Positions 53,081 through 64,000 of a DNA stretch of 64,000 nucleotides are shown here, piece after piece. The stretch's first letter is position 1; each line of letters starts with the position of its first letter. The stretch spans positions 1-64,000 of the forward strand of contig NW_021831836.1 in assembly GCF_006345805.1 (NCBI RefSeq), in the 5' to 3' direction. The position numbers and the translations under genes are program-made. This stretch comes from Octopus sinensis (lineage: Eukaryota). The notes beneath the pieces were generated by a model, which worked only from the letters and a program-made list of their open reading frames with translations, searched no databases and was not told where the DNA came from.

Positions 53081-53199
53081 CTTGTTATAATCAAGGTTCA
53101 CAAATGGGGTGCCATTTTCATTCACATGTAGTAACACACAGGTAGATATAAATTGATTTGCTAACAAATTTCTTTTCTGCCATTGGATTATTTCACCTT

Positions 53200-54435
53200 T
53201 TTTTTTTTAATTTTGCTTATCTTATTTCCAACAACATCTCTTTCCTACTTGCAAGTTCTGTAGCACATTTTGTCACAACTTCTAAATTCACTGCTCTGGT
53301 TATGGTATGGGAATGATAAATTCCAAGCCAAATCATTCCCTAGGCCATGCTGGCTTACAATATTGTCCCCATATAAAATTGAATCCCTAACAGTACCCAG
53401 TATTGACTTCACAAATCTTCCAAACTTTGGTCCCCCATTTTGTGGGTTTTCCAGGCATGTACTGTCAGAAGCATACTTGACCTTTATATCCCATCAAACC
53501 CTCATTGATGGATATGTTTGTGCAATATTTTATATACATGTTGAATGCAGTCAATGAGAAGTCTTATTTTAAATAAGGGATCAAAATTTGGATCTCCACA
53601 TACTAATGTACTGCTAGTGCCTCTTACATGTAGTTACTGTGATAATTTTATAAATCTTGTCCATGTCATAATACTGGAAATGTACTGATCTTTAAAAGGT
53701 CTGTTGCTGCTCTAGTAGTTCATTATTCTGGGTAACTTTTTTGCAAAAAATGCTCAGCAAATGAGAGACCACAAATTATCTTTTTTATCTCTTTTTTTAT
53801 ATTCTCCATAATGGTTTGTTTCTGCAACAATTATTTCAAACAAAGAGACAAAAGTAATAAAAAATATAGTCAATGGTTTTTTTTCTTGAGAAAGACTGTG
53901 ACTAGGTCTAGTCTCTTCAGAAAAACCAGTAAGGAAAACAGTTCTTAAACTTTTACTCCATTCAGGTACAAATCCATTTTCTTTGTTGCTGTCTTGAGTT
54001 AGCCTTAGAATCACTGGTTTCACTTTTGGAAATAGAAATGTTTGACTTACGATCACACACCATGTGGTTTTTATGTTCACTGTTCATTTTGCTTGATTTT
54101 TCCATGTCTTCAGTCAAAAATCCTTCAAATTCTTATTCACTACTTGACAACTTGAAACTGGTGTCCATTTTTCATAAGCAATAAAAATTTTCAAAAAATC
54201 GATGTAGAAAACATGTGGGGAAAAAATCTCCAAAAATTGATAGATATGCCAAATTATGTTGGATATTGTATGTTTATGTTGTAAAACCATGTGTTTTCAT
54301 GAATGTACTAACAAGATTTGCCCTAAAATTCTCATTTAAATAACTTGGTTATTTCAGCTGTTTTCAGGCAAATCAGTAACATAAGCCAAAAAAATTCTTG
54401 GACAACCGTGGCTGGGTTGGTAACAAAAGGGTTAA
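53200..54435 (-). mobile_element. piggyBac remnant with TTAA-flanked terminus
   Basis: Minus-strand peptides DPLFKIRLLID, SINEGLMGYKG, QYMPGKPTKWG and VWKICEVNTGY (piggyBac DDE motifs). TTAA-CCCTTTTGTTACC end, with TTAA at 54432-54435. Confidence 0.75.
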
Positions 54436-54817
54436 GGACGTTTCCTCTTTTAATGATAATAAACTCTGGTACAATAAGAATATCCTTGTTTCCAGAGAAA
54501 GTAAGTTTCCTAAATTTCTTTACTCATTCAGTTTTCATTCAAATTCTAGTGATATTATTAACTCTGTTCTGAGCCCTTGTTAGGCTATTGAAGTCCAGGA
54601 ACTTGTAAAGTGTATCACCAAGGAAGACCATTATCTTTTCATGTTGCTGGTGGTACCAGCATATGCAGTTCATATGAAATTTTAAGTTTTACTTTTCTGC
54701 TGTCTAGCTTTCCCGTTCTTATTCAAATTTCAGATTTCTCTTGCAGCCAAATTGTGTTAAAGAATTTGTGAATTAACTTCAAAGAAATATCTTTAAAATA
54801 ATTTTTAATTTTGCCAG

Positions 54818-54909
54818 TTGAAGAAAATACACAGGCTCTTGATTTTCCATTACATGAAGCTGCTCGACGAGGAAATTTGAACTTTCTCACAGAATGCATA
54901 GCAAATGGT
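54818..54909 (+). CDS. OSTF1: OSTF1 exon, first ankyrin repeat: (V)EENTQALDFPLHEAARRGNLNFLTECIANG
   Basis: GCCAG/GTAAGT boundaries, phase 1 to 0; resembles OSTF1 PLHEAAKRGNL. Confidence 0.93.
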
Positions 54910-56793
54910 GTAAGTTGGATATTATATAATGTTTAAAATGTTTCAGATGAATGGTAATTTAATATCTTGCATATCACTATTCAAATTATGTTTTTACAAT
55001 ACATCAGTACATGAAATTTATTTTTTGTTTTTTGGCAACTATGAAAATCTTGTCGCAATGTTTGATTGTTTGTCAACTCTGAAAGTGGAAATGATATTTA
55101 TCTTACAATTACAAACCAGGTGGCAAGGAGATGTAATATGATTTTGCCAAGTGATAATTTTACTTGCATTTGTGTAGGTGTGATCTGTGAGATATTGGTT
55201 GAAGAATTGAATCCTCTAACAAAAATTATGTGTTAAAAGCATGGTAGCTCTGGTTTGCATAGTAATTCACTAATTTATAGACAATTTAGGAACACTTTAG
55301 TTTCATCAAAATAATGATGTCTACATTTATTTTTAACCTATTTTTGTACACTGAATGTGAAAGGTTTCGCTGCATAATTCTAATGTAGAGGAATTTTTTA
55401 ACAATAAATGTACAAATCTTTATTTTGATCATTGCTGTTGTTTGTGCTTATATTAAAATAGTTTTATCAATATTCCTTTGCTAAAATGCAAAGTGGCTGT
55501 TTAGCTATGGTGTTAGTTCAAAGGTTGTAAGCTTGAATTTATGAAGGTTTTGTGTTTTATGTGGGCACTAAGTAGTTCACTTGGAAATAGATATCATCTG
55601 GGAATATGATGAGATAGATCAGCATTGAATACAAAACAAGATGTTCCCATACCCATCTCCATGTTTATAGCAACTGTAGAAGTGATTAAGAGAAGCAGAA
55701 GCTAGTAGAGTGATAAAATGTGAGAGAAGGTATAAAAAAAAGTATTGAGACAAAAAAATATGAAATTGAGACAATAAAAAAGAATAGCAGAAAATACACA
55801 CACACACACATACCCCTATTGCATATATAAAGGAAGTATAAGAAAATGAGTGTGAAGATGTATGTGGTAATTAAGATTATAAGCCTAAAACTGCATGTTT
55901 AATGCATCCAACTCTGAATATACTAGTTTAATGGTAATAAGGGATAACACTGAATACAAGCACATTAATATAGAGGACTATTCATTCCTCTGTTTAATGA
56001 ATACTAGCCCCTATAATTTTTGCCATTAATGCAATGACTGAAAGTTTTAAATGGTAAAAGGCGAAAGATTTATCCGCTCAGGGTGAGGAGAAATGAGAGT
56101 TTTAAATGGCGTCTATTGTCATAAACTAACTGCATGTTTCCTGATGTCAAGTTCCTTTCCTCATACATCAGGAAGAAAAGTTTATGAGAAGAAATAATTT
56201 TCTGTACTTTTCCAATCGTTGTCATGTTGCAATCATCTTAAACACAAATTATGTTACCTAGTTAGTAGAAACTATATATTGCTTGCCTCTGTCAGGAAAT
56301 CTGAGCATTTTATAGAATCCCTTTCATAGGCGCTCTTATGGTTGACTATTCCTGTTCACATAGAACATCTGAATCTTGGTTTTTGTCAGTTGCCTACGTG
56401 CATAATGTTTTTTATAACGATAAAGTTTAGAGTTCCCTTTGATGCCTTTCCTACATATTTAGCTGGATCCATTTCCTATGTAACTCAAATATATTTTGCT
56501 ACTTGTAATCACTCTGCACTTATGTTTTACCATTTTTACTGTGGTGTTTTTGGACTTAAAAATAGTCATCCAGTTTTTGACATTTTCTATCGCATAACAT
56601 TTTCCAAGTGCATGAAGTGTAACGTTAATTAATCCATGCTTATAAACAACTCATTAACCATAGGCTGCAAAAATAAGGAGCAGTTATTGATCAATAGCTA
56701 TTTCTGTATGTTGTCTATTGAGAAAATGTGGCAGGGGTGTTCTGGAGATTTGCAATTCTAAGATGGAGATATGTGTGTGTGTGCACAAGTATA

Positions 56794-56832
<39 letters not shown>

Positions 56833-57026
56833 TATATATCATCATTATCTTCATCATCATCGTTTAGCATCTGCTTTCCATGCTGGCATGGGTTGGACGG
56901 TTCAACTGGGGTCTGGGAAGCCAGAAGGGTACACCAGGCCCAGTTTGATCTGGCAGTGTTTCTATGGCTGGATGCCCTTCCTAACGCCAACCACTCCATG
57001 AGTGTAGTGGGTGCATTTTACGTGCC

Positions 57027-57081
<55 letters not shown>

Positions 57082-57320
57082 TCATCATTTGGAGAAAAGT
57101 TTTTTCTCAAAGAGTTAAGATTGAGAAAAGAACCTTTTTAGAAATGCTGGTGCGTTTATGCCCCTGTAACTTAGCAGTTTGGCAAAAGAATAAGTCCTGT
57201 CATCAATTTGCTCGACTAAAGGTAGTGCTCCAGCATAGCTGCAGTCAAATGACTGAAACAAGTAAAAGAATAAAAGCATATATACATATATTTGGAGCGT
57301 TTTGGAAATTCTTTGATATA

Positions 57321-57461
57321 TAAGGTTGTCCCAAAAGTTCATAGAAAGTCTTGGAAAATAATAGTCTGTATTTTGAGGAATAATTTTTGTTGTTTTTGTT
57401 AGTACTTGGCGAGTAAAAATTCAATTTTTGCAAGTGTTTACGAACTTTTGGGACAACCTAA
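57321..57461. mobile_element. 141-bp mariner-type MITE
   Basis: TA|TAAGGTTGTCCCAAAAGTTC and GAACTTTTGGGACAACCTAA|TA. Confidence 0.8.
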
Positions 57462-57593
57462 TAGTTATAATATTTGGAGAGAAGACTTTTTCTCAAAGAG
57501 TTAAGATTGAGAAAAGAACCTTTTTAGAAAGTCAAAAGACACTAACTTTTGGGAAGAGATTTCACAAAATGTGTGTGGCTTTTGCTTTTATAG

Positions 57594-57633
57594 ATGTGCA
57601 AGCGCTTTCAGTTCTTAACATTTTCAAGCACAT
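57594..57633 (-). ncRNA. Minimal type I hammerhead ribozyme, U3-A8 core variant
   Basis: Minus strand ATGTGC-TTGAAAA-TGTTAAGAACT-GAAA-GCGC-TT-GCACAT: 6-bp stem I, short stem II, palindromic AGCGCT stem III. Lies just after the GIY-YIG ORF stop. Confidence 0.7.
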
Positions 57634-58554
57634 GTTATTACATATAGTCGAAGTTGTTTTCAGTAAAATTGTTGTTGACTATTTCCAGTTTAGTTTCTGA
57701 CTCCGAAATATACTTTTGCCTTCCGGAGAAGGTCGTTCTCTTCATTTGTTTAAGAAGAGGGAAAATTGTAAATTTTCCTTGTGCACAGGTGTCCAAATAA
57801 TTGCTGCATGGTATGCATCTAAGTGCGGGATGTTTTATTTGATGGCTGTGCACCTGGTTGGTTAGTTTCGTTTTTGTTTCCCCAATATAATGTTCGTTGC
57901 ATTGTGAGCATGTGATACAATATACCAGGTTTTTGCTTTTACAGTTCATATTTGTATTCACCTTTAATTTTTTCCATTCTTAAATTTTTTGGCCGGTCCC
58001 TATTCTATTAAATCACATGTCCCACATCAGGGGCCTTCACATTTGGTAACTTGCATCATTTCTTCCTCTGATGCAAATTTTGCTTTGGTTAGAAGTTTCT
58101 TAAGATTTGGTGGGTGTGTTCCTTTTTGTATGGGAAGGATGGCAAAATCTGAAGTTTAAATATTGGCGTGTGTCTGTGTTTTTGTGATAGAGGTTAGTTG
58201 TTATAATCTCATTCTTTTTAATTATTAAGATGTCAAGGAAGGGGAGTTCCCTTTTATTCATTTTCATAGTGAATTGGATTGATCCATGGACGCTATTTAT
58301 TATTCCACTTCATGTTCTCTACCTCTTCCCCTTAAAATTTACTTCTCTTTGTATAATATTCTTCTCATGGCTTTTTATTTTCTCTCTCCCCACTCCTTCT
58401 ACATCTACAATAACTCTGTCCCTTATTAATCAGCTCACTCTGTCTTTATCTAATTTCTTGATGTGAAGATTTGTCAGGAATTGCATTTGCCATTCAGCCT
58501 TAGGTATTCATGTATCAGGGTTCATATCTGTCGATAATATTTGCATAGAGGCAC

Positions 58555-58885
58555 AGGCATGGCTATGCGGCAAGATGTTTGCTTCCCAACCACATGGTTC
58601 CAGGCTGACCAAAACCATGTGACTGAAAGAAGCCTGTTGTATATATGTATGTGTATATTTCTATGCATGTGTGTCATTGTGTTTGTCCCCACCTCCACTG
58701 TTTGATGACCAGTGTTGGTTTGTTTACATTCCTGTTACTTAGTGGTTCAGCATAAGAGACCGACAGAATAAGTATCAGGCTTGAAAAAAAAATTTATGAA
58801 GTCAGTTTATTCATCTAAAAGAACCTTCAAGGTGGTGCCTCAGCATGGTTGCAGCCCAATGACTTGAACAAGTAAAATATAAAAG
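58555..58885 (+). mobile_element. tRNA-head SINE, diverged
   Basis: GGCATGGCTATGCGGCAAG head with CCACATGGTTCC, and 3' GCAGCCCAATGACTTGAACAAGTAAAA; homologous to 4955-5369. Confidence 0.7.
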
Positions 58886-59341
58886 TTAAAAGAAAGATTA
58901 AATGCTTTTTAGTCATTTTAACTCATTTTGTTCACCTGTTTGCATAGGTATTACAATATCAAACATTCACTGAATATTTGATAGATATATGTTATATAAA
59001 TGCATTCCTTACACCTATAATTGTTTGTCCATCTTTCATGATTGATATCTGCTTGAACTTTGTCTTTCTTCTAGCCTACTCATCTGCTTCTAGAGTAATC
59101 TGTCCAAATTAAGAAGTTGGAATTTAAGAATTGGTGCCTGTCTATTCTACACTTTCACAAGCATATTTATGCCCCTGTGTGTATGTGTGTGTACTCACAC
59201 ATTAACTTCTTTAAATTTAAAAACATTGCATAAAATAAATATTTATACAACTCTATTTTTTCCATGTGTATGTTATATATAAATATGTATATCTTCTAAA
59301 AACTGTTACATTGATTCTGTATTTATATTTCAACAATAAAG

Positions 59342-59461
59342 GTTTCTGTAAATTCCTTGGATAAAGCTGGATGTACTCCACTTCATTGGGCTGCTCATGG
59401 TGGACATTCTCATTGCATGGAGTCACTTCTTAATGTCAGCAACATAGAAATTAACGTTCAG
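59342..59461 (+). CDS. OSTF1: OSTF1 exon, ankyrin repeat: VSVNSLDKAGCTPLHWAAHGGHSHCMESLLNVSNIEINVQ
   Basis: AG/GT boundaries, 120 nt, phase 0 to 0; resembles OSTF1 VGVNGLDKAG..WACHGGH. Confidence 0.93.
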
Positions 59462-60559
59462 GTTTGTTGATTAAAAGATTATTTTTGCTCTAAAGAATTC
59501 TTTCTAGTTTCCTATTATTTATATAGAAATATCTTTCAATAAAGATGTATCTGTTATCCATAACATAGGTTTCTGTGTTTCTGTCAGTAAACTTCATAGT
59601 GGGACATCTAGTCATGTCAGGAAGATGCTGTTGATGATGATGATGTTGATGATTTTAAGGGTCTTAGCATGCTCATTGCTCACTTACCTTCAGTAGCAGA
59701 TCATTTGTGAAATTCCCCTAACTCTCACTGCCTCACATAAGATCTTGTATGCTCATTATATTACCGGTATAAAACTCGCACATGGTCTTCAAAGCTTCGT
59801 GGAAGCCTACAAGAACTATAAGCTAAGCAAATTTATTTATTTAATTTACTATATTTTCTTTTTTTCTTCAGCCTTTGCTCCCCTTAAACATGTGACTGTT
59901 TAATTGTTAAATTTGGTTAAATTTTCTCTCTCTTCCTTTCTTTCCTTATGTAGTTGAATGGATATAATCTCTCCATTTTCTATCGATAGGTGAATAACTT
60001 CCTATCAAATTTTAGTTCTCTCTTTTCCTCTCTGATATTATGGATAATAGATATATCTCTATTGAAAGACAAATAATTTCCAACTTCGGTCAGTAAACTT
60101 TATAGTAATGTAATCTCAACTGAATCCCTTTTTCATTCCCTTTTTCACTCCCACTACCACCACCACCACCACCACCACCACCACTGCAAAGGTGACTTGA
60201 GTCCATGTGCACATACTGATTGCTTATGCATGCTTGTTTTCCCAATCATGAGCATATACATAAACTATGGATATATATCTGTGCACTTATTTGTAATGTA
60301 TGTGTATGTAAATTTACATTTATTTGCATGTAAGTGTATTCCCACAAAGGTTTTCTGGGACTGAGGGAAACTGGAACTGCAATCATAACATTACTTTTCA
60401 CACTAGGCACAAGGACCAGCTGCCTCCTGGCATGTGACCCCAAAAATCTTTTTCTGTTCAGAAGCTGAAAACATCCCCCCAACCTTCTTCCTAGGTCTAC
60501 AAACTCAGATCTGCCACAGTCAACATTGGCACAATGAAAGGGAGGTCTGGAGAAATTTG

Positions 60560-61870
60560 AAATGCTTGAGCAGTGACATGAAGATGTATACTGTGTGCAA
60601 GAGATACAATGGAGGGAAATCTCAGCTTGACAGCTTACAGACAGATATAAATACAAGTTTTTTCTGGGTAGGCAGCAGTGATGGTCTAGGTAGCATGAAT
60701 ATTTTACTCGCAGAGAAATAGGTACACAAGGTGATTGAGGTAGTCAGAGTATGTCAGGATTATTAAGCTAAGAATAGCCTTTTCATTGTAACAGTGTCAG
60801 TTATCTCTGTTTGTGCTCTGCACACTGGACTTGTAGGTACTCAGAAGGACCACTTCTACAAGTCCTTTCTGAGGAGTACCTCGATGGTGAAACATAACAG
60901 TGTTCTCATTGTGGCAGGAGACTTCAGTGGACATGTTGGAAGACACCCCGATAGATTTCAGGGTGTAAATGGACGCTATGGCTTTGGATCTAGAAATGAG
61001 TAAACAAGTCTGCTGGAGTTTTGTAATGCTCATAGCTTATTAGTCTACAACACAAAATTCAGGAAAGCTGCCAACCATTTGATCACTTATCAATCTGGTG
61101 GTCACACTATCCAGATTGACTACATCCTCACCAGACACAGAGACAGGTGTATACTTGCAAATGCAAAATCTTTCCCAATTGAAGAATGTACAACTCAACA
61201 TAAGCTAGCGGTTTATAACTTCAGGTTTAGGGCCAGAAGAATTCAGACACAAGCCAATATAGAAAAAGAGGTTGCGGAAGCTCAAGGATCTTGAGTAGAG
61301 ATTTAGAGATGTTCTTAATGAAGCCTTTGATTTGATGGAAGAAGTGATTGAGACATATAATGTAGTGGGCAACAGGAAATTCCTACAAGACAATCTACTG
61401 AGGGTGACAGACCAAATCTGTTGTTAGAGCAAAGCCTCTGCCAGACCAAGGGTGACATGGTGGTGGAACAGTGATGTTGACAGGGCCATAACAGAGAAGG
61501 TCTGGAAAGGATGGAAAAGTAGGGGTGTCATATCTGAATCATATCTGAAAACTAAAAAGGAAGCTAGATATCAGGTTTATCTAACTAGTGCAGAAAACAG
61601 AAAGGAAGAGGTTTGCCAGTGTCCTACAGCACGAGGATTAGAGACTTGGGGTGTTCTGGATTGTTAGATAGTGTCAGAGAGAAACAAGGTGTTGTGGAAG
61701 AGAAATGTGTATGGCTGGATAATTGTATTCTTGCACTTAGAGATTCAGACAAGAAAGTGCTGTGGAGTTACTATGCAAGGCTATTGAATGTGGAGAATGA
61801 ATGAGATAAAGGGATTCTTCCTCATAAACCCAACAGATGTTGAAGTAGTTTGTTGATGGAGAGATAGGGT
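60560..61870 (+). mobile_element. Decayed RTE LINE endonuclease/linker fragment
   Basis: GDFSGHVG, IQIDYIL and TWWWNSDVDRAI; homologous to 19450-20750. Confidence 0.82.
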
Positions 61871-63232
61871 GGGAATAGCCTGAAGAGTTGAAATGGTGAG
61901 TCACATGATTGGATATTGAGTAGGTGTTCCAGCATGACATTCTTGTTCACTAACCAACTGGGGTAGCAAGGTTTTTGTATGGAGACATGGTTGCTACGAA
62001 TGTAAAACTCAGTAACCTGTAAATGGCAAAGTCAGCCTTGGCATAAAGCAGTAGTTCTCAACGTTTTAATCATAGTTTAACTCTGAAGGGGATGTAAAAA
62101 ATTTAGCAACATGTTTGTTATACCAGTAAGCCATGGATATAAGGGTTATAACACAATGCTTACTGCAAACAAAAACAGAGGAATAATTTGAATAATTTTT
62201 TTTTTGTTCAAAATAACTTTTAATTTAAATATAAAATAAAAAGGTACTAGGATTATTGATTTTCCAGAATGGGTCACAATGCTAAAGGTTGGGAACTGTT
62301 GGCATAAAAAGATATCTTTATTTGACATACCATTTTTGTTCCTTTCTTTATATAATCACAATTTCTCTCTCTCTCTCTCTCACAGACACACACACACCAC
62401 ACACACACTGGCTTCTGTATACTTTCCATCTACCAAATTTCATTCACATGGTTTTGGTAGACCTGAAATTATGTTTAAAAGAAACATGTCCAAAATGCTA
62501 AACTAGAGTCAAATTTGAAATGATGTGTTTGAGAAGTTAACTTTTTAACCACATAGCTGTACCTGTGGGTAAATTTTATTATTTGAGTGATCTAATTCAT
62601 GCACATAACAAAGATAGAAAAAATTGCAAGAGTTTGTGTTTTGTCGATTAAAGTTCAATGGCAAATGAAAAAGTATGAGGTATGATTTGACCACTTGTTT
62701 CAGTAATGTATCCAACCTAGATGAAAAACTTCATACTTTGATTTACTTCTGCTTAGTATATGGATTTAATTTTACATTACATTGAAAATCATTCTAAAAC
62801 TGTATTATATATCGGGTATCAAATTTAATTGTTCACATCCTATCAGTGTCCAGCATAAGTAAACTTAGCTTTTCTACATATGAAAATAAAATAAATTTTA
62901 ATATTTTAATAAATCAAGCTAAATGACACTTAACAGGGTGAAATTATATTTTCAATGTTTGGTTATCATGTTCTTTTTCTGAATTATAACATTAGAATAA
63001 CTTTACAACAAGAATAAATGAATATTTTTTTAGATGGAATTAACTTCTTTGCTTTATTGTATCATACGTAATTATTTTATGTACTGTTTATTAAATCGAA
63101 ATTTCTATGTGTTTACAAACTACTGCAGATATTTTGTATTTCATATCATCACCACTATTTTTCCTTTCCATTTTATCCTTTATTTTGGCTTGTTACAGAT
63201 TAATCTTAAACAAATCTTTTTATCATAACCAG

Positions 63233-63311
63233 AATAAACTTGGTGATACACCACTTCACTCAGCTGCATGGAAAAGGCATATTACAGCTGTGAAAATGTT
63301 ATTGGACAAAG
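63233..63311 (+). CDS. OSTF1: OSTF1 exon, ankyrin repeat: NKLGDTPLHSAAWKRHITAVKMLLDK(G)
   Basis: CCAG/GTTTG boundaries, 79 nt, phase 0 to 1; resembles OSTF1 NKLGDTALHAAAWKG. Confidence 0.93.
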
Positions 63312-63399
63312 GTTTGTTGATGTCTTTTTTAATAATATTTTTGCAGAACATTATAAATAAATGGTAGGAACTCCATATGGTGTACCCAGTGCAAGCTAT

Positions 63400-63850
63400 G
63401 GTCACATAAGAGGTGCATTGGTATTACAGAAAGGTTAACAGAAAGTAGTCTTTGTGTTTGGAAGATGTGCAGTAAATATTGAAGGATGCACAGATACTAT
63501 ACTTCTTCAAATGTATGGTGGTGGTGGGGGGGGAGTCCTTAGAAGTATGGATAACTTCTGTTGCCTAGGCAACCAAGTTAGTAGTGGAGGAGGAAGTTCT
63601 GAAAGTATGGTTGCTAGAATAAGAATTGGCTGAGCAAAGTTCAGAGAGCTACTGCCTTTGTTAGTTACAAATGTCCTCTCCCTCAGAGTAAAAGGCAGAT
63701 TGTATGATGCCTGTGTACATATGTTGCAAGGCAATGAGACATTGGTTATGACTTCAGAGGACATGCTAAGGCTTGAAAGAGGTGAAGCCAACATTTTCCA
63801 CTGGATGGGTAATTTCAATGTGCATACATGACAGAGCATTATGTGTGTAA
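63400..63850 (+). mobile_element. Decayed RTE C-terminal fragment
   Basis: LGNQVSSGGGSSESMVARIRIG and AKFRELLPLL; homologous to 21970-22230. Confidence 0.78.
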
Positions 63851-64000
63851 GAGATAAGGAGGGCACTGAATTGAGCCATGCATCACTATTTGGCTGCAAG
63901 GTGGGATGGTGGAAAGCAAGTAATGTCACTAACTGCTTCAGGGTGAACTTTCATTTGATGTCATCCCAGCTGTGTTGGACATCTATATTCTGGGGCATGG

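Larger units (their letters stand above)
57080..58520 (-). mobile_element. Decayed Penelope-like element (RT C-terminus, GIY-YIG, hammerhead, partial terminal direct repeat)
   Basis: SIQFTMKMNKRELPFLDIL and HPPNLKKLLTKAKF. ORF 57638..57961 has CKSKNLVYCITCSQCNEHYIGET. A ~55-bp direct repeat occurs at ~57080 and ~57475. Confidence 0.8.

Overview
AT-rich, microsatellite-dense animal genomic DNA. The repeat landscape (tRNA-head SINEs, RTE tails ending in GATGAT, TA/CA arrays) suggests an octopus; this is an inference. One host gene is recognisable on the + strand: OSTF1 (SH3 plus ankyrin repeats). Five GT-AG exons splice in frame (13338-13384, 41489-41603, 54818-54909, 59342-59461, 63233-63311). 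Exon 1 and the last exons were not found and probably lie outside the window. The rest is mostly nested, decayed transposons: CR1/L2-type and RTE LINEs, an internally deleted Gypsy-type LTR element with both LTRs and a 5-bp TSD, five Helitrons from two families, mariner, maT, pogo and piggyBac remnants, SINEs, MITEs and three Penelope-like elements (PLEs). The standout structure lies in the 28-kb intron after the first visible exon. It is a ~15-kb PLE foldback whose two ~3.7-kb inverted arms each run GIY-YIG ORF, then ~3.3 kb of microsatellite-rich tail, then a type I hammerhead ribozyme. A 6.1-kb Helitron later inserted into one arm, and one hammerhead is sense to the host pre-mRNA. A second PLE carries a minimal hammerhead with a U3-A8 core variant. 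The last visible OSTF1 exon has genomic Arg (AGG) at the conserved ankyrin Gly, a candidate for restorative A-to-I recoding. Nearly all 'YIYI/HTHT' ORFs in the track are microsatellite artefacts.
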